DNA of 35,688 nucleotides from positions 1 to 35,688 of the forward strand of contig JAUVNV010000002.1 in the NCBI GenBank assembly GCA_030599515.1, read 5' to 3'. The stretch's first letter is position 1. The number at the start of each line of letters is the position of its first letter. The position numbers were made by a program, and so were the translations under genes. Shown piece by piece: positions 7,236 through 15,564 of the stretch. The DNA is from Acidimicrobiia bacterium. GTDB taxonomy: Bacteria; Actinomycetota; Acidimicrobiia; Spongiisociales; UBA5794. The notes beneath the pieces were generated by a model that ran no database searches, was not told the DNA's origin, and saw nothing but the letters and a program-made list of their open reading frames with translations.

Positions 7236-9074
7236 ATGACTCGCTACCAAGCTCTCTATCGAAAGTACCGGCCGCAGCGCTTCGATGAGGTGATCGGACA
7301 GGATCACGTGATCGGAACCCTCACCAGGGAGGTCACGGACGAGAAGGTCGCCCATGCCTACCTCTTCGCGGGGCCCCGCGGAACAGGGAAGACGACGACG
7401 GCCCGCCTTCTCGCGAAGTCGCTCAACTGCACCAACCGCACGACGGGCGCCGAACCCTGCAACGAGTGCGCCTCGTGCGCCGGCATCACCGAGGGGACGT
7501 CGCTCGACGTCATCGAACTCGACGCGGCGTCGCACAACAAGGTCGAGGACGTCCGGGAGATCCGTGTCAACGTGGGAACGGTCGCCGCCGCAGAAGGCGC
7601 CCGCCGGATCTACATCCTGGATGAGGCCCACATGCTCTCGCGTGCTGCAGGAAACGCTCTCCTCAAGACGCTTGAGGAACCGCCCGAGCACGTCGTATTC
7701 GTGCTCGCCACGACCGAGCCGTACAAGCTGCTCGACACGATCCGGAGCCGATCACAGAGGTTCGACTTCCATCCGGTGTCGTCGGAGACCCTCATCGGGT
7801 ACCTCGCAGAGATCTCGAAGCGCGAAGGGTTCACAGCGGATCATGCCGGCCTCTCGATGATCGCCACCCACGCCCGTGGATCGGTCCGGGACTCGATGAG
7901 CCTGCTCGAGCAGGTCGCCGCGTTGGGGGACGGCACCGTCTCGTCGGAGGGCGTCACCCGGGCTCTGGGACTGGCGGATGACGAGGCTTTCACTGGACTG
8001 GTGGCCGCTATCGCCGATCAGGACGCACCCGCGGCGCTCGGACTCGTCGCCCAGCTCGCTTCGCGCGGCGCCGACCTGCGACGGTTCGTCGCCGACGCAC
8101 TCGGCTTCTTCCGCGGCATTTTCCTCGCCCAGTACGCGCCGAACCTCGAGGAGATCACCGACGAACCGCCCGAGATCCTCGACGAGTGGCGCCGGATGGC
8201 GAAGGTCGTGCCGTCATCCGACGTGTTGCGCGCCATCGACCTGTTCTCCGAAGCACTCCTGCATCTCCGACAGGGCCGCGAGGAGCGACTCATGCTCGAG
8301 TTGGCGGTGATCCGCCTGACCCGACCGGAGACGACGGTCGATGCCGAGGCGCTCGCGGTACGAATGGACCGGTTGGAGCGAGACGTGAAGGTCGGAGCCC
8401 CCAGATACCAGCCGCCGGCTGCCAGCCCGACGAAGGAGACAGGAGACGGGGGACAGGAGAAAAGAGACAGCCCGAAGGAGGCGACAGGCCACAGGCGACG
8501 GGCAACAGGCGAGATCCAAGACGAGATGACGGACAGCCGACAGCCGACGGCCGACAGCGGCGAGCCGGAGCAAGTCGAGGTCGAAGAACCAACGGCGAGC
8601 GATTCAGTACCGACTACCGACTACCGACTACCGACTACCGACGGTGGACCCGGCGAAGCCGGATCCACCGTCACTCTTGCCGACTTCTCTGCGGCTTGGC
8701 CGGTTGTCGTCTCGCGCATCCGATCGGACTTCGGTGCTCGCCGGCACGCTTTCGTGAAAGTTGCCGAACCGCGATCGGTCGAGGGTTCGGTCGCCGTACT
8801 CACGATGCCTTCGCACCAGCACTTCCATCTCGAGCAGTTGAACGCCGACGAACAACTGCGAGGCGCCCTCGAAGCCATCACCGCCGAGATCCTCGGTTGC
8901 ACGGTCACGCTCCAGTTCCGCTCTGACGACGACCAGGTGCCGGCAGAGATGGAGACCGGAGACGAGTTGCCGCTCCGAGCACCCGAGAAGGATGATCTCG
9001 CTGAGGGCGAGGACCCCGAGGATCCCGCCGATATGGTCGCCGACCTCCTCGGCGGGAAGATCGTCGAGGAGTAG
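7236..9074 (+). CDS. dnaX: DNA polymerase III subunit gamma/tau
   Basis: YRKYRPQRFDEVIGQDHV, Walker A GPRGTGKTT, a Zn module (CTNRTTGAEPCNECASC), DEAHML and the sensor motifs are present. A low-complexity linker and an actinobacterial-type C-terminal domain follow. Start set at ATG 7236; the upstream ORF extension reads through the repeat array. Confidence 0.93.
   Translation: MTRYQALYRKYRPQRFDEVIGQDHVIGTLTREVTDEKVAHAYLFAGPRGTGKTTTARLLAKSLNCTNRTTGAEPCNECASCAGITEGTSLDVIELDAASHNKVEDVREIRVNVGTVAAAEGARRIYILDEAHMLSRAAGNALLKTLEEPPEHVVFVLATTEPYKLLDTIRSRSQRFDFHPVSSETLIGYLAEISKREGFTADHAGLSMIATHARGSVRDSMSLLEQVAALGDGTVSSEGVTRALGLADDEAFTGLVAAIADQDAPAALGLVAQLASRGADLRRFVADALGFFRGIFLAQYAPNLEEITDEPPEILDEWRRMAKVVPSSDVLRAIDLFSEALLHLRQGREERLMLELAVIRLTRPETTVDAEALAVRMDRLERDVKVGAPRYQPPAASPTKETGDGGQEKRDSPKEATGHRRRATGEIQDEMTDSRQPTADSGEPEQVEVEEPTASDSVPTTDYRLPTTDGGPGEAGSTVTLADFSAAWPVVVSRIRSDFGARRHAFVKVAEPRSVEGSVAVLTMPSHQHFHLEQLNADEQLRGALEAITAEILGCTVTLQFRSDDDQVPAEMETGDELPLRAPEKDDLAEGEDPEDPADMVADLLGGKIVEE
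8438..8640. repeat. Heptanucleotide array (29 units, single register) embedded in the dnaX linker coding region
   Basis: Units: gacagga gacgggg gacagga gaaaaga gacagcc cgaagga ggcgaca ggccaca ggcgacg ggcaaca ggcgaga tccaaga cgagatg acggaca gccgaca gccgacg gccgaca gcggcga gccggag caagtcg aggtcga agaacca acggcga gcgattc agtaccg actaccg x4. Confidence 0.85.
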
Positions 9075-9076
9075 GG

Positions 9077-9625
9077 GTGCGACTCGGGATCGACCTCGAC
9101 GGTGTCGTCGCCGACTTCAGTACGGGTTGGGTGAACCGCTACAACGACGAATTCGGATCGAACGTCAGCACCGACCAGGTGGACTCGTGGGACGCGATGG
9201 ACCACCTGACCCACTTCGAATCGAAGGGGGCCTTCTGGCGCTGGGCGGCCAGAGGCGTCCACGGGTCCGTGTTCCGGCACCTCGAGACCTACCCGGGTGC
9301 CCTCGAGGCGCTCGGCAGACTGAGCAAGGGTCACGAGGTCGTGATCATCACCGCGAAACCCGATTGGGCGGTGCACGACACGTTCGCCTGGATCGCAGAC
9401 CGGCGCATCCCGGCCCGCGAAGTCCATATCACTGAATCCAAATGGCAGATCCCTTGTGACGTCTACCTGGACGATTCCCCTCGCCAGATCGCCGAACTCC
9501 ACACCAACCGACCCGAGGCGATGGTGTGCCGCTACGTCCGCCCGTGGAACGAATCCGTTCCCGGCACCACGGATGTTCACGGCTGGGCCGAGTTCGAGAC
9601 GCTCGTCAACGCTCGCCGGCGATGA
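9077..9625 (+). CDS. HAD-superfamily 5'(3')-deoxyribonucleotidase-like protein (NT5C family)
   Basis: The N-terminal DxDxV motif (GIDLDGVVADF) and overall length fit PF06941-type nucleotidases. The GTG start is 2 nt after the dnaX stop, with GAGGAG just upstream. Confidence 0.7.
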   Translation: MRLGIDLDGVVADFSTGWVNRYNDEFGSNVSTDQVDSWDAMDHLTHFESKGAFWRWAARGVHGSVFRHLETYPGALEALGRLSKGHEVVIITAKPDWAVHDTFAWIADRRIPAREVHITESKWQIPCDVYLDDSPRQIAELHTNRPEAMVCRYVRPWNESVPGTTDVHGWAEFETLVNARRR

Positions 9626-9711
9626 GCCATTTCAGCATCGCATCGCGCACCGGGTATCCTGAGCATTGATGGAAGGGACGCATCCGCGTCCGTATCACTA
9701 CGGGAGAACAA

Positions 9712-10833
9712 ATGAGGAAATCACCTCTTATTGTCCTGCTCCTCGCCTTCGCGATGCTGATCGCAGCATGCGCGAGCACCGGCGATGAGGAGACCACGAC
9801 CACCGCAGCCGCGGCGACCACCGCAGCCGCGGCGGAGACAACCACGACTGCTGATCTGAAGGCCGACTGGCCTGAGAAGATTCTCTTCGGATTCATTCCG
9901 TCTGAGAAGCAGGAGAAGCTGAGCGACACGGTGCAGCCCTACATGGACTATCTCACCGCGGAGCTCGGGATCACGTTCGAGGGCATCATCACCGCCGACT
10001 ACAACGGTCTCGTCGTCGCCATGGGCGCCGGCAACGCCGACCTCGGCGCGTTCGGTCCGCTCGGCTATGTGCAGGCGAAAGAGCTGTACCCCACTATCGG
10101 CGTATTGATCCAGTCCATCCGATTCGGTTCGGACCTCTACCACGGGCAGTGGTTCACGAACGACCCGTCGCTGTGTGAGGACGAGCCCGTCGTGGGAGCA
10201 TACGAACTGGTCGACGGTGTTCCGACGATCATGGATCCGACCGAAGTCCCTGCGCTCCAGGTCGGCTGGGCCTACAACGACGACGGACTGGGGCAGGAAG
10301 TCCTCGAGGATGGCACAGAAGTCGCACAGGGCCTCGTCTGCACGGCGTCGCTCGACGTGGTGAAGGGCAAGACGATCGCGTTTGTCGAGGCGACTTCCAC
10401 GTCCGGCGGCTTGTACCCCCAACTCCAACTCTTCGAACTCGGCATCGACATCGAGAACGACCTCGAGTACTCGTACTTGACGTCGCACTCCGCCACCGTC
10501 CAGGCCGTTTACAACGGCGACTTCGACATCGGTGTCAGTTACGACGATGCCCGCCGCTCGGTTCGCAAGGACTACACCGATGTGGGCCAGAAGGTGATCG
10601 TGTTCAACATCACCGATGAGCAGATCCCAAACGACGTCGTTGCGGTGCGCGGTGAACTGCCGGAGAGCCTCCAGCTTGCGATCTTCGACGCGACGCAGAC
10701 CTATCTCGACACCGAAGAGGGCGAAGCCGTCTTCGACGAGATCTACGGATGGACCGGCATCCGGCTCGCACGCGATGAAGACTTCGACATCGTCCGCGAG
10801 GCGGCCGCACAGGCCGGCGTGCTCGACGGCTAG
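9712..10833 (+). CDS. phnD: Phosphonate/phosphite ABC transporter substrate-binding lipoprotein
   Basis: A lipoprotein signal (LLLAFAMLIAACAS) is followed by a Thr/Ala linker. PhnD-like core motifs are present (ILFGFIPSE, GYVQA). phnC and phnE follow. SD gggagaa lies upstream. Confidence 0.8.
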   Translation: MRKSPLIVLLLAFAMLIAACASTGDEETTTTAAAATTAAAAETTTTADLKADWPEKILFGFIPSEKQEKLSDTVQPYMDYLTAELGITFEGIITADYNGLVVAMGAGNADLGAFGPLGYVQAKELYPTIGVLIQSIRFGSDLYHGQWFTNDPSLCEDEPVVGAYELVDGVPTIMDPTEVPALQVGWAYNDDGLGQEVLEDGTEVAQGLVCTASLDVVKGKTIAFVEATSTSGGLYPQLQLFELGIDIENDLEYSYLTSHSATVQAVYNGDFDIGVSYDDARRSVRKDYTDVGQKVIVFNITDEQIPNDVVAVRGELPESLQLAIFDATQTYLDTEEGEAVFDEIYGWTGIRLARDEDFDIVREAAAQAGVLDG

Positions 10834-10845
10834 GGACGGAACACC

Positions 10846-10871
10846 GGGGGCCGGTCGCAGGGCCGGCCCCC
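10846..10871 (+). promoter_or_regulatory. Intercistronic GC-rich hairpin between phnD and phnC (9-bp stem gggggccgg/ccggccccc)
   Basis: 10846-10854 pairs with 10863-10871, with an 8-nt loop. It starts 13 nt after the phnD stop. Confidence 0.45.
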
Positions 10872-10887
10872 TCCCTTCCCGCGACTC

Positions 10888-11658
10888 ATGGGCTTCATCG
10901 ACTTCACCAACACGTCCGTCACGTACCCGGGGGGTCTTGTCGCGCTCAAGGACGTGACCCTGAGCATCGAGGAGGGTGAGTTCGTCGTCGTCGTCGGTCT
11001 CTCCGGAGCGGGGAAATCGACCATGCTCCGGGCCATCAACGGTCTGGTCCCGGTCGCGGGGTCGGTGCTCGTGGACGGCCGCGAGGTCGTGGGAGCATCC
11101 CAATCAGAACTGAGGGCCGTCCGATCCGACGTCGGCATGATCTTCCAAACGTTCAACCTCGTGAACCGGTCTCGCGTCGTCAACAATGCGCTCATGGGCC
11201 GGCTCTCGAAGATCCCCCGCTGGCGGAGCCTCCTCGGCCTCTGGCCCGCCGAGGACAAGGAGATCGCACTTCAATCCCTCGAACGCGTCGACATCGTTGA
11301 GAAGGCCTACATTCGTGCCTCCGACCTCTCCGGGGGTCAGCAGCAGCGTGTCGGCATCGCTCGCGCCCTCGCTCAGGAGCCCAAGATCATCCTCGCCGAC
11401 GAACCGGTCGCCTCGCTCGACCCGGTCACGTCGCACATGGTGATGCGCGATCTCCAGCGCATCAACCGCGAGTTGGGTATCACTACGCTCATCAACCTCC
11501 ACTTCCTTGATCTTGCCCGCCAATACGGGAAGCGCCTCATCGGACTGAACGACGGCCTGGTCGTGTTCGACGGCGACATCGCCGACGTCAACGACGAAGT
11601 CTTCCGCGGCATTTACGGCCGCGCTATCACACCCGACGATCTGCTCAACGAAAAGTGA
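10888..11658 (+). CDS. phnC: Phosphonate ABC transporter ATP-binding protein
   Basis: Walker A GLSGAGKST, signature LSGGQQQRV and Walker B ILADEP are present. The PhnC-type N-terminus and operon context agree. Confidence 0.9.
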   Translation: MGFIDFTNTSVTYPGGLVALKDVTLSIEEGEFVVVVGLSGAGKSTMLRAINGLVPVAGSVLVDGREVVGASQSELRAVRSDVGMIFQTFNLVNRSRVVNNALMGRLSKIPRWRSLLGLWPAEDKEIALQSLERVDIVEKAYIRASDLSGGQQQRVGIARALAQEPKIILADEPVASLDPVTSHMVMRDLQRINRELGITTLINLHFLDLARQYGKRLIGLNDGLVVFDGDIADVNDEVFRGIYGRAITPDDLLNEK

Positions 11659-13013
11659 CCCTCTTCGCCCCGGAGACCCAGGTACGGCCCGTCGAACCAA
11701 CGCGTGCCGTCAGATACGTGCTCCCACTCGGCATCGGGATCGCCGCGACGGGAATCGTCGGCTGGGTTGGACCGGTGGGGCCTCTGTGGGGCATCCTCGT
11801 CGGACTCGTCACGTTCGGCGTGTTCTTCTGGGCCGATATCACCAAACACTGGATCGATGCCGTCATTCTCGTCGTTGCAGGCATTCTCGGACTCTCGTTC
11901 TTCGACTGGGTGCTCGCGGCTCGTACCGGCCCCGTCGATTTCAAGCTCTCGCTCATCGCCGCGATCGGCTGGCTCATCTACGGTGCAGCCACGGGTTTCG
12001 TGGTCTATCGCCATCGTCCCGGCTACCGGGCGGGCATCATCGGATTCCAGGCGCTCGCCTGGGGCGGCGGCGCGACGCTCGCCCTCTTCACCGCCACCAC
12101 GATGGGTGTCCTCGCCCCGCTGAACGTTCGACAGATCGACGCAGGCGAGATCCAGGCACTCACGATCGGACTCTTCGTCGTCACCGGCCTCGCCGCATCG
12201 GGCATAGGCCTCGGTGCGAACGTGTCGTTCGCGACGCGACTCCCCTCCCTGTTCGCCGGGGGCCTCGTTCTCGTCCTCACGGTGATGGCTTACAACGAGA
12301 TCCAGTTCTCCACCGCGGCGATCGCCACGCAATTGACTCGCGTCGGTGAGATCGTCGACGACTTCTGGCCGCCGGTTTGGAAGTGGCCGAAGAGCGTCGG
12401 CCAGCCCGAGACCTTCAACATCGTTCAGCCTTTCATCGAGACGTTCCAGATCGCGATCGTCGGCGCCACAATCGGGAACATCTTCGCACTCCCCCTCGCG
12501 TTCTACGCGTCCCGCATGACGGCGCCTTCCAACCTCGCCTACCGGATCGCCAAAGGACTCCTCAACGTGACTCGCACCATTCCGGATCTGGTCTGGGGAA
12601 TCCTCTTCGCCACCGCCGTCGGATTTGGCAACCCCTTCGCCGGAGCGCTCGCGATGATCATGTTCTCGCTCACCATCATGGCCAAGCTGTTGTCCGAGAC
12701 GGTCGATGCGATCGACATCGGTCCGCTCGAAGCCGGCAGGGCCTCCGGCGCTACCCATACGCAGGTCATCCAGTATGCGGCGTTTCCCCAGGTCCGGCCC
12801 AACTACGTGGCGTACGCGCTCTACATCTTCGAGTTGAATATCCGAGCGTCCGTCGTCATCGGCTTCGTCGGCGCCGGTGGCATCGGCCGTCTCCTCAACG
12901 AGCGCCGTAACTTCTTCCAGTGGGACCAGGTCATGGCGATCGTCATCGTGATCTTCGTCTCGGTGCTGCTGATCGAGTGGCTCTCGATCTGGGCAAGGAG
13001 GAAGCTGGTATGA
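11655..13013 (+). CDS. phnE: Phosphonate ABC transporter permease with a long N-terminal membrane extension
   Basis: The C-terminal ~220 aa match the PhnE core (FIETFQIAIVGATIGNIFALPLAF ... YAAFPQVRPNYVAYALYIFELNIRASVVIGFVGAGGIG). The GTG start overlaps the phnC stop (GTGA). Confidence 0.8.
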   Translation: MTLFAPETQVRPVEPTRAVRYVLPLGIGIAATGIVGWVGPVGPLWGILVGLVTFGVFFWADITKHWIDAVILVVAGILGLSFFDWVLAARTGPVDFKLSLIAAIGWLIYGAATGFVVYRHRPGYRAGIIGFQALAWGGGATLALFTATTMGVLAPLNVRQIDAGEIQALTIGLFVVTGLAASGIGLGANVSFATRLPSLFAGGLVLVLTVMAYNEIQFSTAAIATQLTRVGEIVDDFWPPVWKWPKSVGQPETFNIVQPFIETFQIAIVGATIGNIFALPLAFYASRMTAPSNLAYRIAKGLLNVTRTIPDLVWGILFATAVGFGNPFAGALAMIMFSLTIMAKLLSETVDAIDIGPLEAGRASGATHTQVIQYAAFPQVRPNYVAYALYIFELNIRASVVIGFVGAGGIGRLLNERRNFFQWDQVMAIVIVIFVSVLLIEWLSIWARRKLV

Positions 13014-13915
13014 CCGTGCCGGACCTCACTCCCGATGAGAAGATGGAGCAGTTCCGGCCTCAAGAGCCCCTCGGCCCGCGCATCATCCGCTGGGTTGTCG
13101 GCATCGCGATCGTCGTACCGTTCATCTGGGCGGTGATCGGCCTCGAGATCTCGCCGGAGCGCATCTGGCGAGCCCCCTCAGAGATCTGGGTTCTCCTCTC
13201 GGGAATGTTCCCGCCCGACTTCGACGACAGCGGCCGGATCGTGGCCAAGCTCCTGGAATCGATCTACATCGCCTGGATCGGCACGATGATGGGTGCCGTC
13301 TTCTCGTTCCCGCTCAGCTTCATGGCTGCGACCAACGTAGCCCCCCGCTGGATGACGATCCCGACGAGAGCCTTCCTGAGCGCCATCCGGGCGTTCCCCG
13401 AGCTGATCCTCGCCGTGATCCTCATCGTTCCGTTCGGCCTGGGACCGTTCACCGGCGCTCTGGCGATCGGTCTTCACTCCATCGGCACACTCGGCAAACT
13501 GTCCTCCGAGGTGATCGAGGGCGTCGACGACGGGCCGATCGAAGCGATCCGCTCAGCAGGTGGGACCCTGCCGCTGCAGATGCGATACGGCATCATCCCC
13601 CAGGCCATGCCGACGATCGTCGCGTACTGGCTGTACCGGTTCGAGATCAACATTCGCGCCTCCGCAGTGCTCGGCCTCGTCGGTGCCGGCGGCATCGGCG
13701 CCGACATCGTCGCCCGGCTGCATTTCAGGGCAGACTGGCCGAAGGCCGGTGCGGCGTTGCTCGCAACGATCGGTGTTGTCCTTGTCATCGACGCAGTCTC
13801 GTCGTCCATACGACGGAGGATCATCACCGGGCAGCCATCGACCAGCATGCTGTCGAAGGGCATGATCGCTATCACGGGTGCCGGACGGCCCCCCAGCACC
13901 GAACTCGGGGCCTGA
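13010..13915 (+). CDS. phnE: Phosphonate ABC transporter permease (second copy)
   Basis: PhnE core is present (LLESIYIAWIGTMMGAVFSFPLSF ... YGIIPQAMPTIVAYWLYRFEINIRASAVLGLVGAGGIG). ATG 13010 overlaps the upstream stop (ATGA). Confidence 0.85.
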   Translation: MTVPDLTPDEKMEQFRPQEPLGPRIIRWVVGIAIVVPFIWAVIGLEISPERIWRAPSEIWVLLSGMFPPDFDDSGRIVAKLLESIYIAWIGTMMGAVFSFPLSFMAATNVAPRWMTIPTRAFLSAIRAFPELILAVILIVPFGLGPFTGALAIGLHSIGTLGKLSSEVIEGVDDGPIEAIRSAGGTLPLQMRYGIIPQAMPTIVAYWLYRFEINIRASAVLGLVGAGGIGADIVARLHFRADWPKAGAALLATIGVVLVIDAVSSSIRRRIITGQPSTSMLSKGMIAITGAGRPPSTELGA

Positions 13916-14913
13916 TGACCGCCTTCCGTCTCCGAACCCGAAGGATAGCGGAGGCGCTCGAACGGGAAGACCTGGCACCGGCAGCGACCCTCTCGGTCAA
14001 CTCCGTCGGGCGTGCCGCTTCGGAGGAACCAGACCCGTGGAGAACTTCGTTCGAGCGCGACCGGGACCGCATCCTCCACTCGAAGGCGTTCCGGCGACTG
14101 AAGCACAAGACCCAGGTCTTCATGAACCCGGAGGGCGACCACTACGTCACCCGCCTCACGCACACGCTCCAGGTCACGCAGGTCGGCGGCGCCATCGCAC
14201 GGGCCCTCAGTCTCAACGGGGCGTTGACCGAGGCGATCTGTCTCGGACACGACGTGGGCCACTCCCCGTTCGGCCACACCGGCGAGGATGCGCTGAGCGA
14301 GTTCGTCGACGGCGAGTGGCGCCACTCCGCACAGTCGGTGCGGATCTTCGAGGTGCTCGAACCTCTCAATCTCACGTTCGAGGTCCTGGACGGGATCATG
14401 GCTCACCCGTGGAAGGTAGAGAACCCGGCGCGAACCCCCGAAGGCGCCATCGTTCGATTCGCCGATCGCATTGCGTATCTCGCTCACGACGCACTCGATG
14501 CGATTCGCGCCGGTGTGCTCCGGCCCTCCGACTTCCCGGCGCCGGTACTCGACACCCTTGGTGAGCCGGGGCGTGAGTGGATCGCTGCGATGATCGCCTC
14601 CGTGATCGAGACGTCCATGGAGCGCGATGAGGTTGCGATGGACGAGTACACACTCGACGTCATGCTCGAGCTCCGTGGCTTCATGTTCGAGAGTGTCTAC
14701 CTGAGGGCAGACGTCGAGCCGCAGCGGATCCGGGCCAGAGAGATCATCAGGAACCTCGTCGAGTACTACGTGACTCATCCCTCGGAGCTCCCCGACACCT
14801 ACCGCCACGACGATGCCGATACGTTGACCCAGGTGATCGACTTCGTTGCGGGCATGACCGACCGCTACGCCATCAGCCGCCACGACGAACTGTTCAGACC
14901 GCAACTGTTCTGA
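13915..14913 (+). CDS. dgt: dGTP triphosphohydrolase-like HD-domain protein
   Basis: FERDRDRILHSKAFRRLKHKTQVF, THTLQV and GHDVGHSPFGHTGE are hallmarks of the Dgt family. The ATG overlaps the phnE stop (ATGA). Confidence 0.88.
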   Translation: MTAFRLRTRRIAEALEREDLAPAATLSVNSVGRAASEEPDPWRTSFERDRDRILHSKAFRRLKHKTQVFMNPEGDHYVTRLTHTLQVTQVGGAIARALSLNGALTEAICLGHDVGHSPFGHTGEDALSEFVDGEWRHSAQSVRIFEVLEPLNLTFEVLDGIMAHPWKVENPARTPEGAIVRFADRIAYLAHDALDAIRAGVLRPSDFPAPVLDTLGEPGREWIAAMIASVIETSMERDEVAMDEYTLDVMLELRGFMFESVYLRADVEPQRIRAREIIRNLVEYYVTHPSELPDTYRHDDADTLTQVIDFVAGMTDRYAISRHDELFRPQLF

Positions 14914-14918
14914 TAGAG

Positions 14919-14995
14919 AGCACACAGCTAGCGGCCCACAGCAGACAGCCAGAAGCGTGTTCTACTGTTGTCTATCCGCTGTCTGCTGGCTTCAG
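14919..14995. repeat. Heptanucleotide array (11 units) whose two halves are inverted relative to each other
   Basis: Units: agcacac agctagc ggcccac agcagac agccaga agcgtgt tctactg ttgtcta tccgctg tctgctg gcttcag. 14939-14949 (cagcagacagc) is the exact reverse complement of 14978-14988 (gctgtctgctg). Confidence 0.8.
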
Positions 14996-15405
14996 CCCGT
15001 CAGCATCGCCACGACCGCGAGTACTCCCAGGTTCGCCAGCGTCCATACCAGGGCGATCGTGACGTAGCGACGCAGCCAGCGCCCCCACGTCTCCGACCGG
15101 ACGGCGAGCGCCGTGCCGAGCAAGTACCAGAGAGGCAGGCTGGTCACGGCGCCGAAGATCACCACGGTTGTTCGCGACACGTCGATGAAGTCGAACGAGA
15201 GGAACCACGACGTTGGGAGTGCGATGACGAGCATCACCGCTGCGATGAAACTCGAAGCGACGTCTTGCAGGTCGCCGGCCTCCCGGGGCCCGACGGCGAG
15301 CGCCATCACCACCATCACGATCGGATACGACAGCGCCATCAGCCCGGCCGCCGTCCGCCCAACCGTCGTTCGGCGCGGTGCGAACGAAACCCTATCTGAA
15401 GACAT
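14992..15405 (-). CDS. Hypothetical integral membrane protein (about 4 TM segments)
   Basis: 137-aa hydrophobic ORF. No family was recognised. The opposite-strand ORF 15113..15709 is Arg/Ser/Thr/Pro-rich and looks like a shadow frame. Confidence 0.5.
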   Translation of the reverse strand: MSSDRVSFAPRRTTVGRTAAGLMALSYPIVMVVMALAVGPREAGDLQDVASSFIAAVMLVIALPTSWFLSFDFIDVSRTTVVIFGAVTSLPLWYLLGTALAVRSETWGRWLRRYVTIALVWTLANLGVLAVVAMLTG

Positions 15406-15564
15406 GGATCTCTCGTTGCGGCATCACCTCAAGAGTACCCGTCGCCCACCGTGTCCGCTCCTGGTCGGGATCTCAGTCGATGTATGGAACGTCGCGAAAA
15501 CGCGTCTGCCCGGAGGGTTCCATTTGGCGAATATCCACCCTCCAGGCCTAGCCTGTCGTGTTGC

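Noticed and set aside
8186-8926. The 246-aa alternative-frame ORF across the dnaX linker could be a genuine overlapping gene.
   Set aside because: It is Arg/Gly/Pro-rich and lies entirely within dnaX. It is open simply because of GC-rich repeat sequence. I use it only to describe where a frameshifted ribosome would stop.
7236-9074. dnaX might contain an E. coli-style programmed -1 frameshift site (A AAA AAG plus stem-loop).
   Set aside because: I did not see a canonical slippery heptamer of that type in the appropriate region, so no claim is made.
9626-9711. Degenerate heptamer-like words occur in co-directional or weak spacers: gcaccgg gtatcct gagcatt here, and gtatcga gaatccg at 33693-33706.
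   Set aside because: The words resemble array vocabulary, but there is no clean tandem periodicity. The signal is too weak to call as arrays and may be decayed relics.
9799-9834. An 18-nt direct repeat (accaccgcagccgcggcg x2) lies in phnD.
   Set aside because: It encodes the Thr/Ala-rich linker (TTAAAA x2) after the lipobox. That is ordinary low-complexity tether sequence in a lipoprotein.
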